The notes: a model not told the origin generated them from the sequence alone. A stretch of DNA of 64,000 nt from Candidatus Saccharimonadales bacterium (GCA_041600755.1 JBFIJL010000002.1:16850-80849); one strand, 5' to 3'; counted from the stretch's first letter, positions 7,517 through 17,940 are shown. A program made the numbers and translations.

Positions 7517-9451
7517 TTATAGTCGTTTTGCGTAGTCTAGAAGAGTGTTTACTAGTTCCGCATGGCTCCATACGAGTGGAGCAACGCCCACCGGACGTCC
7601 GTCGTTAGGATTTACTTGCTCGGCTAATATTCCACTTGGTAGGGCGTGCTGGAGTGCCCAGTCAATAATTTCTTTTGCGATATCTTCCTGGCTAGCTTTA
7701 AGTGCTAGCTGGGCATACCAAAGCGAAGTCACAAACCATGGATTGCCTAAATATGGCGGGTCAGATTCAAAATAGCGGTCGTGTTCATATCGAGGCGATC
7801 CACCAATCGGTGAACTTTGGTATAGTACTTTCTTAGTTGATTCAAAAGAGGCTAATAGCTGGGGTTTCAAGTTCTTTTCATCTGCGAACATCCAGGCTCC
7901 AAACAAACTTGATACATCAATCGTGTTGTCAAAGCCTAACGAACCATCCGGCTGCAGTAAGATACCCTTCCTGAAGCTTTGTCTCTCCTCATTATATAGT
8001 GCTGTAAAGTTCATCCCAATCTTTTCAACGGCCAACAGCCAGTCTGCTGAATCGTTTTCTTTATGGAGCGATTCAGCAATTTCAGAGGCAGCTAGCAAGG
8101 CCTGATAAGTGATCGAGGTTGTATAGGTGCTTGTTAGGAACTTCTCTTCCCAAAGATCATAGCTAGCGTGCGGCAGGCCAGTTTCTTCATCGATAAATCT
8201 GGTCATGAAGTTAGCTGCTGGCTTCACAAGAGTTTCGTATAAAGAGCCGACGAACACTTTATCTCCAGACACACGCCCATATTCCGCAAGCATAAAAATA
8301 ACCACTGCGGTTTCGTCTTCTTGAATAGCCAACTCTTTGTGATGATTTTGAACTAGGGGATGCCAGGTGCTGCCAATCGATCCGTCAGGCTGGAATTTGT
8401 GCATAAGATAACCTTCTGGAGTGAGAACCTTTTCGCAAAATTTGAAAAATGCTTTGGCTTCTTCCTGATAGCCAAGTCGGATAAGCGGCCACAGTGACAA
8501 TGCTCCATCCCTTGGCCAAACATAGGTATAGTAGTCTCTTCCGTAGTTATAGATTGAGGAGTCACACGAAGCTATAAGGCCACCCCGTTTGTCCAGGTGT
8601 GACTTAATGACAAGCAAAGATTTTTTTAGCATTGATTGGTGAGCTGCGCTTAGCTTAGAAATACTAGGATCGGCTTTGCTAAGCCACTCATTCCAGTGTT
8701 CTTTTGAAGTTTGCAACAGGGATGCCAAGCCGTTTTTAAGGATTATATTGTGAGGATTCTCGGCCTTTACTTGTGTGGAATTCACAGAAATCCAATAATC
8801 AAAATTGTAAGTCTCGCCTTCATCTAGATTTCTTGCAAAACGCATTACAGAATCCACACCTCCATGCTCTACAAGACTTCCAGATAATTCTCCATCTTCG
8901 GCATCCCGAAATGTACCTTCTTTGCCTTCTATGCCGTAGTTTCCAACTGCAAATTGGTCAAAACGATCTCCGTATTGATCGACTCCTGAGATCACCAAAC
9001 AATCGTGACCCTTGTAGTCATATATATAATGCCCATTAGGTTCAAACAAAGCTGTATCTGCACGCCCATTTCTTGAAATTTCGAATACTTGATGCATGAA
9101 TATTCGAATATCACGCGCGCCAGGCAGAAGCGAAGTAACCGCAATTTTACGACCAAATACATCCGTAGAATAGTCTACAAAATCTTCAGTCTGAATATGA
9201 ATGCCTAGCTGGTGATGTGTCATAGAACTATGGGCTACGAGCGCATCGTCACGAAAGTCTACAGATGTATCCCAGCTGTCATCGATCCATGAAAATTCGC
9301 TATCAACCCAAACACCAATTTTGTGGTTGCTGCTTCTGGCATTCGTTAAATTTTCTTGGCCGACATAGGGGTAATAAAAATCATGCACAAGTCCATGCTC
9401 ATCAATACCGACTGTGAGTGATCCATTTCCAAGAACTGCGTGCCGAGCCAC
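7517..9451 (-). CDS. Glycoside hydrolase family 15 (glucoamylase/glucodextranase-like)
   Basis: 644 aa. YTYVWPRDGALSLWPL is a GH15 signature region, and the C-terminal half looks like an (alpha/alpha)6 barrel. Confidence 0.85.
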   Translation of the reverse strand: MARHAVLGNGSLTVGIDEHGLVHDFYYPYVGQENLTNARSSNHKIGVWVDSEFSWIDDSWDTSVDFRDDALVAHSSMTHHQLGIHIQTEDFVDYSTDVFGRKIAVTSLLPGARDIRIFMHQVFEISRNGRADTALFEPNGHYIYDYKGHDCLVISGVDQYGDRFDQFAVGNYGIEGKEGTFRDAEDGELSGSLVEHGGVDSVMRFARNLDEGETYNFDYWISVNSTQVKAENPHNIILKNGLASLLQTSKEHWNEWLSKADPSISKLSAAHQSMLKKSLLVIKSHLDKRGGLIASCDSSIYNYGRDYYTYVWPRDGALSLWPLIRLGYQEEAKAFFKFCEKVLTPEGYLMHKFQPDGSIGSTWHPLVQNHHKELAIQEDETAVVIFMLAEYGRVSGDKVFVGSLYETLVKPAANFMTRFIDEETGLPHASYDLWEEKFLTSTYTTSITYQALLAASEIAESLHKENDSADWLLAVEKIGMNFTALYNEERQSFRKGILLQPDGSLGFDNTIDVSSLFGAWMFADEKNLKPQLLASFESTKKVLYQSSPIGGSPRYEHDRYFESDPPYLGNPWFVTSLWYAQLALKASQEDIAKEIIDWALQHALPSGILAEQVNPNDGRPVGVAPLVWSHAELVNTLLDYAKRL

Positions 9452-10659
9452 TAGACGTCAAATCCTTTCTGGGTTAACCGAAACTTCAGGTCATGATAGG
9501 CATTCATAAATGTAATATGAGCCTGATAAGGAGTTTCATAGGGGCTGAAATAAGCATGAATATCACCGTCGCTAAACCACTTGGTGCACATATAGTAAAA
9601 ATGATCAGACGTCTGAAGTTTTCGCCAGTCCTCAATAAGCGCCAGATCTTCTGATTTGAGTATTGGGGTTTCAAGTTCATAAAGTGCCCGAATTGCTTCA
9701 TGTTGCATCGGGTTGCCAAGCCAAGCGCTTAGGTCGCGCTCTGTATCTGCCCAGGTTGTAGTGTAGGGCGTATCAACTTCATCTTTTACTTCATGGGTAT
9801 CTGCAGCCTCGCTTACAGTCATAAATTGATGTTCTGGATCTTGGAGCCAAGTTGCAGGTAGATGCCTTAGAAAGTCAAAGATACCGCTTTCTGACCATTG
9901 ATGCTCACCAAATGTTTCATAGTCCATAAACAAGTTGAATATTTCGGCATCTGGAGTTTCATTTAGCCAATGTGTGTACTTGTCGGCAGTTAGTGGCCAC
10001 TGCTCCCAGGCTTGATTGCCAAACCTAAAGGCGATGTCGTCGCTAAGTTTATAGTTTTTCATGAGCAGCTTTACGTTATGAGTGTGTGTTGGTTTATATA
10101 CATAATTTGGACTTCGCCAGCCAAGAATTGGATCCCACCCCTCGGCTAGGATTGCTTTGTACCCAGCCCGATCAGCCCATACAGCCAGGTCGTTGTTGTA
10201 GCTAAGCTCGGTATTGCGAAATGCTGTTGGAGTTTGCCCAAACAATTCTTCGATTTTTTCTTTATGCATACGAACCTGCATTTCAAATTCAAACTGAGAA
10301 TAGAAAAACGCAAGGCTATGATGGTATGTTTCGCCAACAAACTCAACGCGACCGGTGCGTGCCAAGTCTTGGAACGAGTGAAGTGATTTTGGAGACCAAG
10401 CCTGCATTTGTTCAAGAACCGTTCCAGTCATTGACAGGCTGATTTTGAATCCTGGGTGCTGATCGAGTAATTGTTTGAGGACTTTGTTAGTGGCTAAATA
10501 TGATTTCTCTGCAACTTTGTGCAGAATCTGCTCGTTTGAGCGTCGGTCGTCATACGGTGCATCAAAATAATCATGATGATTTCCGGCATCAAAAATAGTG
10601 TAGTCACGAACTCGATATGGCTGGTGCACGTGCATATAGAGGACTATCGAGCGCTTCAT
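9451..10659 (-). CDS. Glycoside hydrolase family 57 (alpha-amylase/glucanotransferase-like)
   Basis: N-terminal LYMHVHQPYRV and MDYETFGEHQW motifs are typical of GH57. It shares one base with the GH15 start. Confidence 0.85.
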   Translation of the reverse strand: MKRSIVLYMHVHQPYRVRDYTIFDAGNHHDYFDAPYDDRRSNEQILHKVAEKSYLATNKVLKQLLDQHPGFKISLSMTGTVLEQMQAWSPKSLHSFQDLARTGRVEFVGETYHHSLAFFYSQFEFEMQVRMHKEKIEELFGQTPTAFRNTELSYNNDLAVWADRAGYKAILAEGWDPILGWRSPNYVYKPTHTHNVKLLMKNYKLSDDIAFRFGNQAWEQWPLTADKYTHWLNETPDAEIFNLFMDYETFGEHQWSESGIFDFLRHLPATWLQDPEHQFMTVSEAADTHEVKDEVDTPYTTTWADTERDLSAWLGNPMQHEAIRALYELETPILKSEDLALIEDWRKLQTSDHFYYMCTKWFSDGDIHAYFSPYETPYQAHITFMNAYHDLKFRLTQKGFDV

Positions 10660-11861
10660 CGTGCCAACTCCACATGTCGGTTGTAATGCGCAAATAGGGC
10701 ATCTGCAGCGGTCGACCAGCTCAGCCGGTTGTACTCTGTTAGCGAATTTGCGTGCAATTCGTCACGCAAGGCGTCACTACGCACAACGGCAGTAATCTGG
10801 TTAGCCATTTGATCAATATCCCAAAAGTCTACCTTTAGACAATTAGTAATTACCTCAGACACACCTGATTGTTTGCTGATGAGTGCTGGCGTTCCGTAAC
10901 CAATTGCCTCAAGTGGTGTAAGTCCGAAAGGTTCTGATAGTGACGGCATAACGAATAGATCTGCAATAGTGTAGGCATCTCGCCATCTTTTGCCTCGTTG
11001 GAAGCCAGTAAAAATAACGTTACGGCTAATTCCAAGTGCAGCCGCCTGTTCTAGAAGTTCATACTCAAGCTCACCACTCCCGACTATCAAAAATATCGTC
11101 TTTGGTTCTCGATCGATTACGTGCTTAGCAGCCTGCATGAGATTGCTAAGGCCTTTCTGTACTGTAAGGCGACCAATGTTCACAATAACTTTATAGCCTC
11201 GTTTTTTCATGGCTTCTAAGTATGCGTAAGATGTTTCGTCTTTACTTGATTCAATGGATTTATGGTCAATGCTGTTATGCACCACAGAAATCATGTTTGC
11301 AGGAATATTGTAATCCCTCATGATGGCGCGCTTAGTGTGCTCGCTTACTGCGATCACCTGATCAGCAAGCAGCAGGGAGGTGCGTTCAATTTCGTGAACG
11401 AATGGATTTCCTTTGCCGCCACCGGCACGGTCAGATTCAACAGAGTGGACATGCAACAGGAGAGGCTTCCCCGATCTTTCACGAGCGCGCAGTGCAGCTC
11501 TGAAGGTGAGCCAGTCATGAGCATGAATGACGTCAAAGCTCGTACTATCTACGACGCTGTCAATCGACTCCTCGTATGCTTGATGAAAGTCCATTAGACC
11601 CTTCCACACCACCTTCCCGTCCTCGTACACAAACTTATAGCTATCATAAGCTATGCCGGCTTTTATGACTGTTTGTACATCCACAGGCTGTGCTGGCGTA
11701 ATTTTCATAAAATCAACTTCTGGGTGTTCGGCATCATACGGCAGAATGAATTCAATTTCTGCACCAGAGTCAGCAAGAGACTTACAGAGGTGAAAGCACG
11801 CAACCCCTAGTCCACCACTGTTGTGTGGCGGCAATTCCCAACCCAGCATTAGTACTTTCAT
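10656..11861 (-). CDS. Glycogen-synthase-like glycosyltransferase (GT-B fold)
   Basis: MKVLMLGWELPPHNSGGLGVAC N-terminus and a C-terminal PSLSEPFGLTPLEAIGYGTP motif. 4-nt overlap with GH57. Confidence 0.8.
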   Translation of the reverse strand: MKVLMLGWELPPHNSGGLGVACFHLCKSLADSGAEIEFILPYDAEHPEVDFMKITPAQPVDVQTVIKAGIAYDSYKFVYEDGKVVWKGLMDFHQAYEESIDSVVDSTSFDVIHAHDWLTFRAALRARERSGKPLLLHVHSVESDRAGGGKGNPFVHEIERTSLLLADQVIAVSEHTKRAIMRDYNIPANMISVVHNSIDHKSIESSKDETSYAYLEAMKKRGYKVIVNIGRLTVQKGLSNLMQAAKHVIDREPKTIFLIVGSGELEYELLEQAAALGISRNVIFTGFQRGKRWRDAYTIADLFVMPSLSEPFGLTPLEAIGYGTPALISKQSGVSEVITNCLKVDFWDIDQMANQITAVVRSDALRDELHANSLTEYNRLSWSTAADALFAHYNRHVELAR

Positions 11862-11937
11862 TGCGTGCTACTACCAACTCCGTTTATGTTTAGTTAAAGT
11901 ATACGTTTCAAATCTGTTAAGCACAACCGTAATATAG

Positions 11938-12237
11938 CTAGAGTGTGTACCTGTTGTCTTTGTTGACTTTTAATTTGCTGAGCACTGGATTGAGTACGTT
12001 AGTTTCCGCAATAGTTACTTCAATGGATGATGAAAGTGTTGCGATATATTCCATAATTTTGTTTGGTAATTGATTGCTGTGCAAAGCAAATCTCACCGTA
12101 TTATCTGCGTCTGAGGCATTTTCGACTATCAGTTCAACTCCGTGATGAATTGCGAGTTTACGCAACCTGCCACGCAACATAACCCCATGAAGTTGAGTAG
12201 ACTCTGACGTGGTGTTATATATGTTCCAGATTTGCAT
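11938..12237 (-). CDS. Hypothetical protein (99 aa)
   Basis: ORF only. It weakly resembles an acylphosphatase-sized alpha/beta protein, but the signature is not matched. Confidence 0.45.
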   Translation of the reverse strand: MQIWNIYNTTSESTQLHGVMLRGRLRKLAIHHGVELIVENASDADNTVRFALHSNQLPNKIMEYIATLSSSIEVTIAETNVLNPVLSKLKVNKDNRYTL

Positions 12238-12257
12238 GAATCGAGTTTCTTAAAATT

Positions 12258-12333
12258 TGGCAGGGGTGACAGGACTTGAACCTGCGACACCTGGTTTTGG
12301 AGACCAGTGCTCTACCAACTGAGCTACACCCCT
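12258..12333 (-). tRNA. tRNA-Trp (anticodon CCA), CCA encoded
   Basis: Reverse complement folds as AGGGGTG..CACCCCT acceptor, anticodon loop CTCCAAA, T-arm GCAGG-TTCAAGT-CCTGT, 3' end GCCA. Confidence 0.9.
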
Positions 12334-12419
12334 TTGCGTGCTTGGCAATTATAACCGAACTAGCCCCCTGCAGGCAACTAACCAACACTTTAAATATTTC
12401 CCCATTTCTGTTATAAACA

Positions 12420-13088
12420 ATGGTAATGTCCAAGATTATGCTCAATAAGCCAAGTCTGATTCTTCTTTACGGCTACCCAGGTGCCGGTAAAACCTATTTT
12501 GCACGACAAATTTGTGATGAAATCGCAGCAGCGCACATTCACGATGATAAAATACGTCATGAGATTTTTGAAAATCCACGCTATGACAAGCAAGAAAATC
12601 AAATACTGATGCAACTTATGCAATACATGACCGAAGAGTTCTTGAAAGCCGGTCTAAGTGTTGTCTTTGACACCAATACGATGCGAGTTGGACATAGAAG
12701 GATTATGCGTGATTTGGCGCGTAAGTTTAATGCCAAGCCTGTACAGCTTTGGTTTCAGATTGACCCCGACTCTGCATTTGCAAGAGCAAGCACACGAGAT
12801 CGTAGAAAGACGGATGACAAGTACGCAGTACAGTTAGACGAAAGAACTTTTTCTCAAATTGCAGGCTTCATGCAAAATCCAGGCCCCACAGAAGACTACA
12901 TCGTATTGAGTGGTAAACATACATTTGGAACACAATCAAAAATGTTCATGAAGCGTCTTTTTGACATGGGACTAATCTCACCGCAATCAGCCTCTGCTAA
13001 GGTTGCACGACCAGGATTGATGAACAACGTTCCAAGCCAGCTACACGGTCGCGTAGATGAGTCACGACGTAATATTCGCATTCGCTAA
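12420..13088 (+). CDS. P-loop kinase-like ATP-binding protein (AAA_33/zeta-toxin-like fold)
   Basis: Walker A motif LLYGYPGAGKTYFARQI. The start may instead be ATG 12426, which lies 8 nt after TATAAA. Confidence 0.65.
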   Translation: MVMSKIMLNKPSLILLYGYPGAGKTYFARQICDEIAAAHIHDDKIRHEIFENPRYDKQENQILMQLMQYMTEEFLKAGLSVVFDTNTMRVGHRRIMRDLARKFNAKPVQLWFQIDPDSAFARASTRDRRKTDDKYAVQLDERTFSQIAGFMQNPGPTEDYIVLSGKHTFGTQSKMFMKRLFDMGLISPQSASAKVARPGLMNNVPSQLHGRVDESRRNIRIR

Positions 13089-13091
13089 CAA

Positions 13092-13793
13092 ATGGCTCAA
13101 AAACAAGTAGAGATTGAAGGCATTGGTCTTGTAACTCTTTCAAAGCGAAAGGGAATGAAACAGCTTAGGCTGACAATCAGCACTTCTGGTGTGCCGCAAA
13201 TTACAATGCCTCATTGGGTGCCATATGGTTCAGGGATCGCATTCGCCAAACAACGAGCCGCCTGGATTATTAAGCATTCCAAACAGCCAAGGTTACTTGG
13301 CTTTGGTGACATTATCGGAAAAGATCAAGTATTGAAGTTCGAAAATGGACCGTTTGCTAAAATTAAAACAAGAATCAAGACTGGTGTTGTGTCAGTTCAG
13401 CTTCCTTATGATGTAGATCAACAATCGGTCGCCGCTCAAGAAGCAGCTCAAAAAGCGGTAGCTAGAGCACTCAAGAAACAAACGGAAACACTGTTACTGC
13501 CCAGACTTCAGGATTTATCACTGCTTCATGACTTGCCGTATAGCTCAGCCTCAGTTAAACGGCTCAGAAGCCGCTGGGGAAGCTGTAGCAATACGAAACA
13601 TATAACGCTTAGTAGCTACCTCGTGCAGCTTCCCTGGGATCTTATCGATTATGTTTTACTTCACGAATTAACACACACAAAAATCATGGCTCATGGATCT
13701 GTTTTTTGGAATGAGCTTGCAAACTACGTAGAAGATCTCCCAGCTAAAAGAAAGTCCATTAGGGCCTATAAAGCCAACATCTTGCCGGGATAA
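13092..13793 (+). CDS. YgjP/DUF45-like zinc metallopeptidase
   Basis: C-terminal HEXXH motif in YVLLHELTHTKIMAHGSVFW. Confidence 0.7.
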   Translation: MAQKQVEIEGIGLVTLSKRKGMKQLRLTISTSGVPQITMPHWVPYGSGIAFAKQRAAWIIKHSKQPRLLGFGDIIGKDQVLKFENGPFAKIKTRIKTGVVSVQLPYDVDQQSVAAQEAAQKAVARALKKQTETLLLPRLQDLSLLHDLPYSSASVKRLRSRWGSCSNTKHITLSSYLVQLPWDLIDYVLLHELTHTKIMAHGSVFWNELANYVEDLPAKRKSIRAYKANILPG

Positions 13794-13832
13794 GACCTCG
13801 CAATGCCGCTTATGCTATGCGATAATGCATGC

Positions 13833-14963
13833 ATGCCTGAAATATCTCAGCCGCAACCAACTACCGTGGCGCAAAATGCCGAGCTCGAACGCGAACGTTT
13901 AACGAGCCTAATTAACAGTATGGCTGATGGCGTAATAGCCATAAATAAAGACCTCGACATCGTCGTGAGCAATGGGGCTGCTCTTAATATTCTTGACATC
14001 AACGCAACGGTCACTGCTAAGCCAATATCTGCTTTCCTTAAGCTAATAGACAAAAATGGTCAGTCAGTAAACATCAATAAAGTTATTAGTGACACTAAAA
14101 CTTCTTTTACTTCACGCGATTGGAGGCTGGCTTACAGTGACGATGACATCATAAATGTATACATAAGTATTTCCCCAGTTAGGCTTGGATTCGGCAAGGA
14201 CGGCATGCATGGATACGTTTTGCTAATTCGTGATATAACTCGCGAAAAGTCACTAGAAGAAGAACGAGATGAATTTATAAGTGTAGTGAGTCACGAGCTA
14301 CGTACGCCAATTGCAATCACTGAAGGAAATATTGGCAACATGGAATTTATGCTGGAAAAGGCCGGAATTACGGACGAACCATTACTTGCAGCCGTTAAAC
14401 AAGCGCATGATCAAGTCACATTTCTGGCCGGCATGATAAACGATCTTGCTACACTTTCCCGAGCCGAACGCGGCGTACTGCAAGTTGACGCAGAGTCAAT
14501 AAATGTTCACGAGCTCATTGATGATCTAACAGCTACTTATCAAGCGGATGCCAATGCAAAAAACCTGGATCTCAAATCAGAACAAGATCCAGAACTTGAA
14601 CTGCTTCAATCTAGCAAACTTTATGTCCGCGAGATATTGCAGAATTTCATCACCAACTCTATAAAGTACACCGACAAAGGCAGTGTAACCCTCGGAGCAC
14701 GGCCCAAGACCGGAGGAATTGAGTTTTACGTGTCAGACACGGGTATTGGCATCAGCAAGGCTGATAAAGAGCGAGTTTTTGATAAGTTTTTCAGGAGTGA
14801 AGATTTCCGAACCAGGGCAAATAATGGTACAGGTCTCGGTCTGTACGTGACCATGAAACTAGCTAAAATGATTCATGCCGAGCTGTCAGTAGAGAGCGAG
14901 ATTAATGTTGGCTCAACTTTCACTATTTTTATTCCAAATCTAGATCAGATTGACCAGAAATAA
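13833..14963 (+). CDS. Soluble PAS-domain sensor histidine kinase
   Basis: H-box FISVVSHELRTPIAI, N/G boxes (NSIKYTDKGS, DTGIGI, GTGLGL) and no TM segment. Start chosen at the ATG 6 nt after TGcGATAAT; an alternative ATG is at 13803. Confidence 0.85.
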   Translation: MPEISQPQPTTVAQNAELERERLTSLINSMADGVIAINKDLDIVVSNGAALNILDINATVTAKPISAFLKLIDKNGQSVNINKVISDTKTSFTSRDWRLAYSDDDIINVYISISPVRLGFGKDGMHGYVLLIRDITREKSLEEERDEFISVVSHELRTPIAITEGNIGNMEFMLEKAGITDEPLLAAVKQAHDQVTFLAGMINDLATLSRAERGVLQVDAESINVHELIDDLTATYQADANAKNLDLKSEQDPELELLQSSKLYVREILQNFITNSIKYTDKGSVTLGARPKTGGIEFYVSDTGIGISKADKERVFDKFFRSEDFRTRANNGTGLGLYVTMKLAKMIHAELSVESEINVGSTFTIFIPNLDQIDQK

Positions 14964-14964
14964 C

Positions 14965-16431
14965 TTATTTTAGTTCGGGCAGTTTTTTGTAGACGTGCAT
15001 GGTTGGAATGCAAATATTGCGATCTTTCCAGGTGATTTCCCCAAACTCATAGCCATACATAGAAGCCAGTGTTAGGTATATATCGCTCAGAACTGCAAAC
15101 GGAAAGTTAAAGAATGCCAAGATGCTGTGAAGTGGATGACTAGCCGACATTATAAGATAGTGGCTAAGTATCAGAGGTGCAAGCGCCAGACTAGCTAGTG
15201 CTATGCTTGCAGTAAAGCCATTTAGAAGCCCGTAGCAGGCATATACAATCGGACCACCGAGCAACACAAGTTCACAGCTTATCAGCATCAAGACATTTTC
15301 TGGACGTTTGCGCAGAGAAGGATACCGTGTGCGGATAGCTGTCTTGAGCTGTGCTTCTACGGTTTTGATTGTCCGGACATTTATCATTTCGTCTGATCTG
15401 ATAAAAGAGTATCCGTCGTTCTTTATCGCCTCGCGGGCGAAAGCTCTTTCTGGCAAAATATTATGTGCCGCGCTGGCAAAATAGCCTTGGCTTTTTAAAA
15501 ATTTAGCGGTAATAAGCCAGCATGTACTGAGGACCGGCGGTTTATTAAACAGTCTTCTTGGCAGCGCCAGTTCCCACCAATAACGAAGAGGCTGTATTAA
15601 GGATGTATTTGCGCCACCGCCAATACGGAATGGCAGGACGCTCATCATCGATCTTTCTTTTATTAGCATGCTACTTACTAATGTCCGAATTGTTTGAGGC
15701 CCAAAACGAACGTCCACACCGCAAAACAACAAAACTTGCCCACTGGCTTCATGCGCAAGTTTTTCGTATGCCTGGTTTTTCGCCAGCCAGCGGTCGTGAG
15801 GTGGTTCGCCCGCGATAAATCTAACGCCATCGTGCGCAAAGTCCTTGATAACCTCTGCAGTTCTGTCTTGAGAGCAGTCATCATATACAAGGACTTCAAG
15901 TTTTGGATAGCCATTAGCAAGAATTGTACGCAGACACGAAGCCAATTCGTCCGTTTCATTCCGAGCAGGCACCAGTACGCTTACTGTCGGTAGTTCTTTG
16001 TCTGTGAAGAAGTGACTAGACACGTGATGTCGTGTCTTTTGTAAATTCTTTGTGGTAATAGCAAGTATCGCTAGGCTTAGTGCAAACAAAATGAATGGCA
16101 AGAAAGATAGCGTGGCGTTTAATCGCTCTCCAATTCCAAGTAATGCCACCGACACAATAGATAAATAAAGAGTAGTCCGACGACTTACAGACTTTAAGTA
16201 ACTCAAGTTTAAGTTTCTGCGAACAATTTTGGCGTAACTAATAATGCGAAATACGCTCACAAACAATAGTAGTGAAGCCAGCCAAAATGGGGCGCTCAGC
16301 ATAAAGTAGCCAAGCCAAACAGATAGCAAGGCAAGAGCGACACCTGCAATATAGCGACCAACCTTCCAGAAAGCTGGAATAAACACCATGCAAAGGTCTA
16401 ATAGTACTCCCACACCAAACACTACAATCAT
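14965..16431 (-). CDS. Membrane-bound family 2 glycosyltransferase
   Basis: VSVLVPARNETDELASCLRTILANGYPKLEVLVYDDCSQDRT is a GT2 core, flanked by several TM segments. Start set to the ATG 7 nt after TGaTATAGT, because the longer track ORF overlaps secE. Confidence 0.75.
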   Translation of the reverse strand: MIVVFGVGVLLDLCMVFIPAFWKVGRYIAGVALALLSVWLGYFMLSAPFWLASLLLFVSVFRIISYAKIVRRNLNLSYLKSVSRRTTLYLSIVSVALLGIGERLNATLSFLPFILFALSLAILAITTKNLQKTRHHVSSHFFTDKELPTVSVLVPARNETDELASCLRTILANGYPKLEVLVYDDCSQDRTAEVIKDFAHDGVRFIAGEPPHDRWLAKNQAYEKLAHEASGQVLLFCGVDVRFGPQTIRTLVSSMLIKERSMMSVLPFRIGGGANTSLIQPLRYWWELALPRRLFNKPPVLSTCWLITAKFLKSQGYFASAAHNILPERAFAREAIKNDGYSFIRSDEMINVRTIKTVEAQLKTAIRTRYPSLRKRPENVLMLISCELVLLGGPIVYACYGLLNGFTASIALASLALAPLILSHYLIMSASHPLHSILAFFNFPFAVLSDIYLTLASMYGYEFGEITWKDRNICIPTMHVYKKLPELK

Positions 16432-16540
16432 GACACTAACTATATCAGAATAATTTCGATTTGACGGGGGCGGATTCAAAGAGTAGTATTGACAACGTTG
16501 ACCTACCAAACTATTGGTAGGCTTTTTAATTTGAGGAGAG

Positions 16541-16948
16541 ATGCGCGTGGCAGAAAAGAAACCCAAGCGACAGGTGAAAGCTCGTGAATCAGTTCGCGAA
16601 CAGTCAGCTCGCAAAGCAAATAGTCCAAATAAACCGCGAAAAGTAACTCGTGTAGTAAAGACGGCCGGGAAGCCACTTGGAGCTGCAAAACGAGTATCAA
16701 AGAAAGAGTATCACCCGCTTAACATGCCAGATACCAAAGTAGGTAGGTTTTTGAACCGTCGAGTGCGATTCTTTCCAAGATATTTTACTGATGCTTGGAC
16801 AGAATTAAAATTAGTGACCTGGCCTTCACGTCGCGAGACTGCTCGAATGACTACCGCAGTAGTTATTTTTGCGGTTGCATTTGGTGGAATTGTGTACGGA
16901 CTTGATTACGGATTAGACAAACTATTTAGACAACTATTATTAGGATAA
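16541..16948 (+). CDS. secE: Preprotein translocase subunit SecE with a basic N-terminal extension
   Basis: C-terminal FTDAWTELKLVTWPSRRETARMTTAVVIFAVAFGGIVYGLDY is the SecE core. It precedes nusG. Confidence 0.85.
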   Translation: MRVAEKKPKRQVKARESVREQSARKANSPNKPRKVTRVVKTAGKPLGAAKRVSKKEYHPLNMPDTKVGRFLNRRVRFFPRYFTDAWTELKLVTWPSRRETARMTTAVVIFAVAFGGIVYGLDYGLDKLFRQLLLG

Positions 16949-16958
16949 GGAAATAACA

Positions 16959-17501
16959 ATGGCAAAAAGATACGATTCACATAAACAATGGTATGCAATT
17001 CATACGTATAGTGGTTACGAAGAAAAGGTAACCGAAAGTATAAGGCAACGCTCAGAGAGTCTTGACATGAACGACAAGATTTATCAGATCATTGTGCCAA
17101 AAGAAAAAATGATCGAAGTAAAAAACGGCAAGCGTAAAGTCGTTGAAAAGAAAATCTTCCAGGGCTACGTAATGATAGAAATGAAAATGAGCGAAGATGC
17201 TTGGTATATTGTTCGCAACACTCCATCAGTTACAGGGTTTGTTGGATCTGGTTCTGAGCCAACTCCAATCTCTCAGGATGAAGTAGATAAAATTCTCAAG
17301 CGTATGGGCCGCGACGAGCCTAAACACAAGATCGACTTCAAAGAAGGTGAAGTGGTCAATATTATCGACGGGCCGTTCAAAGGCTTTGACGGCGCAATCA
17401 ATGAAGTTGATGAAGCTAAAGGCAAGCTTAAAGTACTGGTCAACATGTTTGGTCGTGAAACACCGGTTGAGCTAGACAGCCTCCAAGTAAAACGAGTGTA
17501 A
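16959..17501 (+). CDS. nusG: Transcription termination/antitermination factor NusG
   Basis: WYAIHTYSGYEEKV...FQGYVMIEM...FVG (NGN domain) followed by GEVVNIIDGPFKGFDGAINEVD (KOW motif). Confidence 0.95.
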   Translation: MAKRYDSHKQWYAIHTYSGYEEKVTESIRQRSESLDMNDKIYQIIVPKEKMIEVKNGKRKVVEKKIFQGYVMIEMKMSEDAWYIVRNTPSVTGFVGSGSEPTPISQDEVDKILKRMGRDEPKHKIDFKEGEVVNIIDGPFKGFDGAINEVDEAKGKLKVLVNMFGRETPVELDSLQVKRV

Positions 17502-17502
17502 C

Positions 17503-17742
17503 ATGAGTACCTACTCAGAACGTTCCTTAAACTCCGCATTACATGCAAGGTTTATGACCCCTGGTTACAGAGAATCGGATCCTAATATTGATGATGTAGT
17601 GATCTTGGATTATTTAGAGGCAGATCCGGAAGCAACTTTGAAAACCATTTCGGGGATAGAGAGCTGGGCAAAAGAACATGGCTGTGTAACTGAAGCTGGA
17701 AAACGTGTCGTTTCAAAACTTGTCCGAAGCTGTTATGAGTAA
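17503..17742 (+). CDS. Hypothetical protein (79 aa)
   Basis: ORF starts 2 nt after the nusG stop. No recognisable motif. Confidence 0.5.
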   Translation: MSTYSERSLNSALHARFMTPGYRESDPNIDDVVILDYLEADPEATLKTISGIESWAKEHGCVTEAGKRVVSKLVRSCYE

Positions 17743-17763
17743 AAGATTGTAGAGACCTGAAAT

Positions 17764-17940
17764 ATGTCAGAAGAGCTTAATTTTGATGTGCTCGAAGAAG
17801 AGATATTGACTGATTTAGGCAATGTTATTGAAGTAGCTGAACGTACATCGGAGAGATGGTGTATGACTTCGATTGGTCTTACGTCACTAACACTAACCGG
17901 TGGACTAATGAACTTTTGCCGTGAATCTTCGCCAGTGTGA
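17764..17940 (+). CDS. Hypothetical small protein (58 aa); its frame continues past an in-frame TGA to 18072
   Basis: Found by manual translation: MSEELNFDVLEEEILTDLGNVIEVAERTSERWCMTSIGLTSLTLTGGLMNFCRESSPV*. The same frame stays open for 43 more codons. Confidence 0.35.
   Translation: MSEELNFDVLEEEILTDLGNVIEVAERTSERWCMTSIGLTSLTLTGGLMNFCRESSPV

Noticed and set aside
16432-16614. Long N-terminal extension of the GT2 ORF
   Set aside because: It would overlap the secE start region. The extended -10 box and N7 spacing support ATG 16431.
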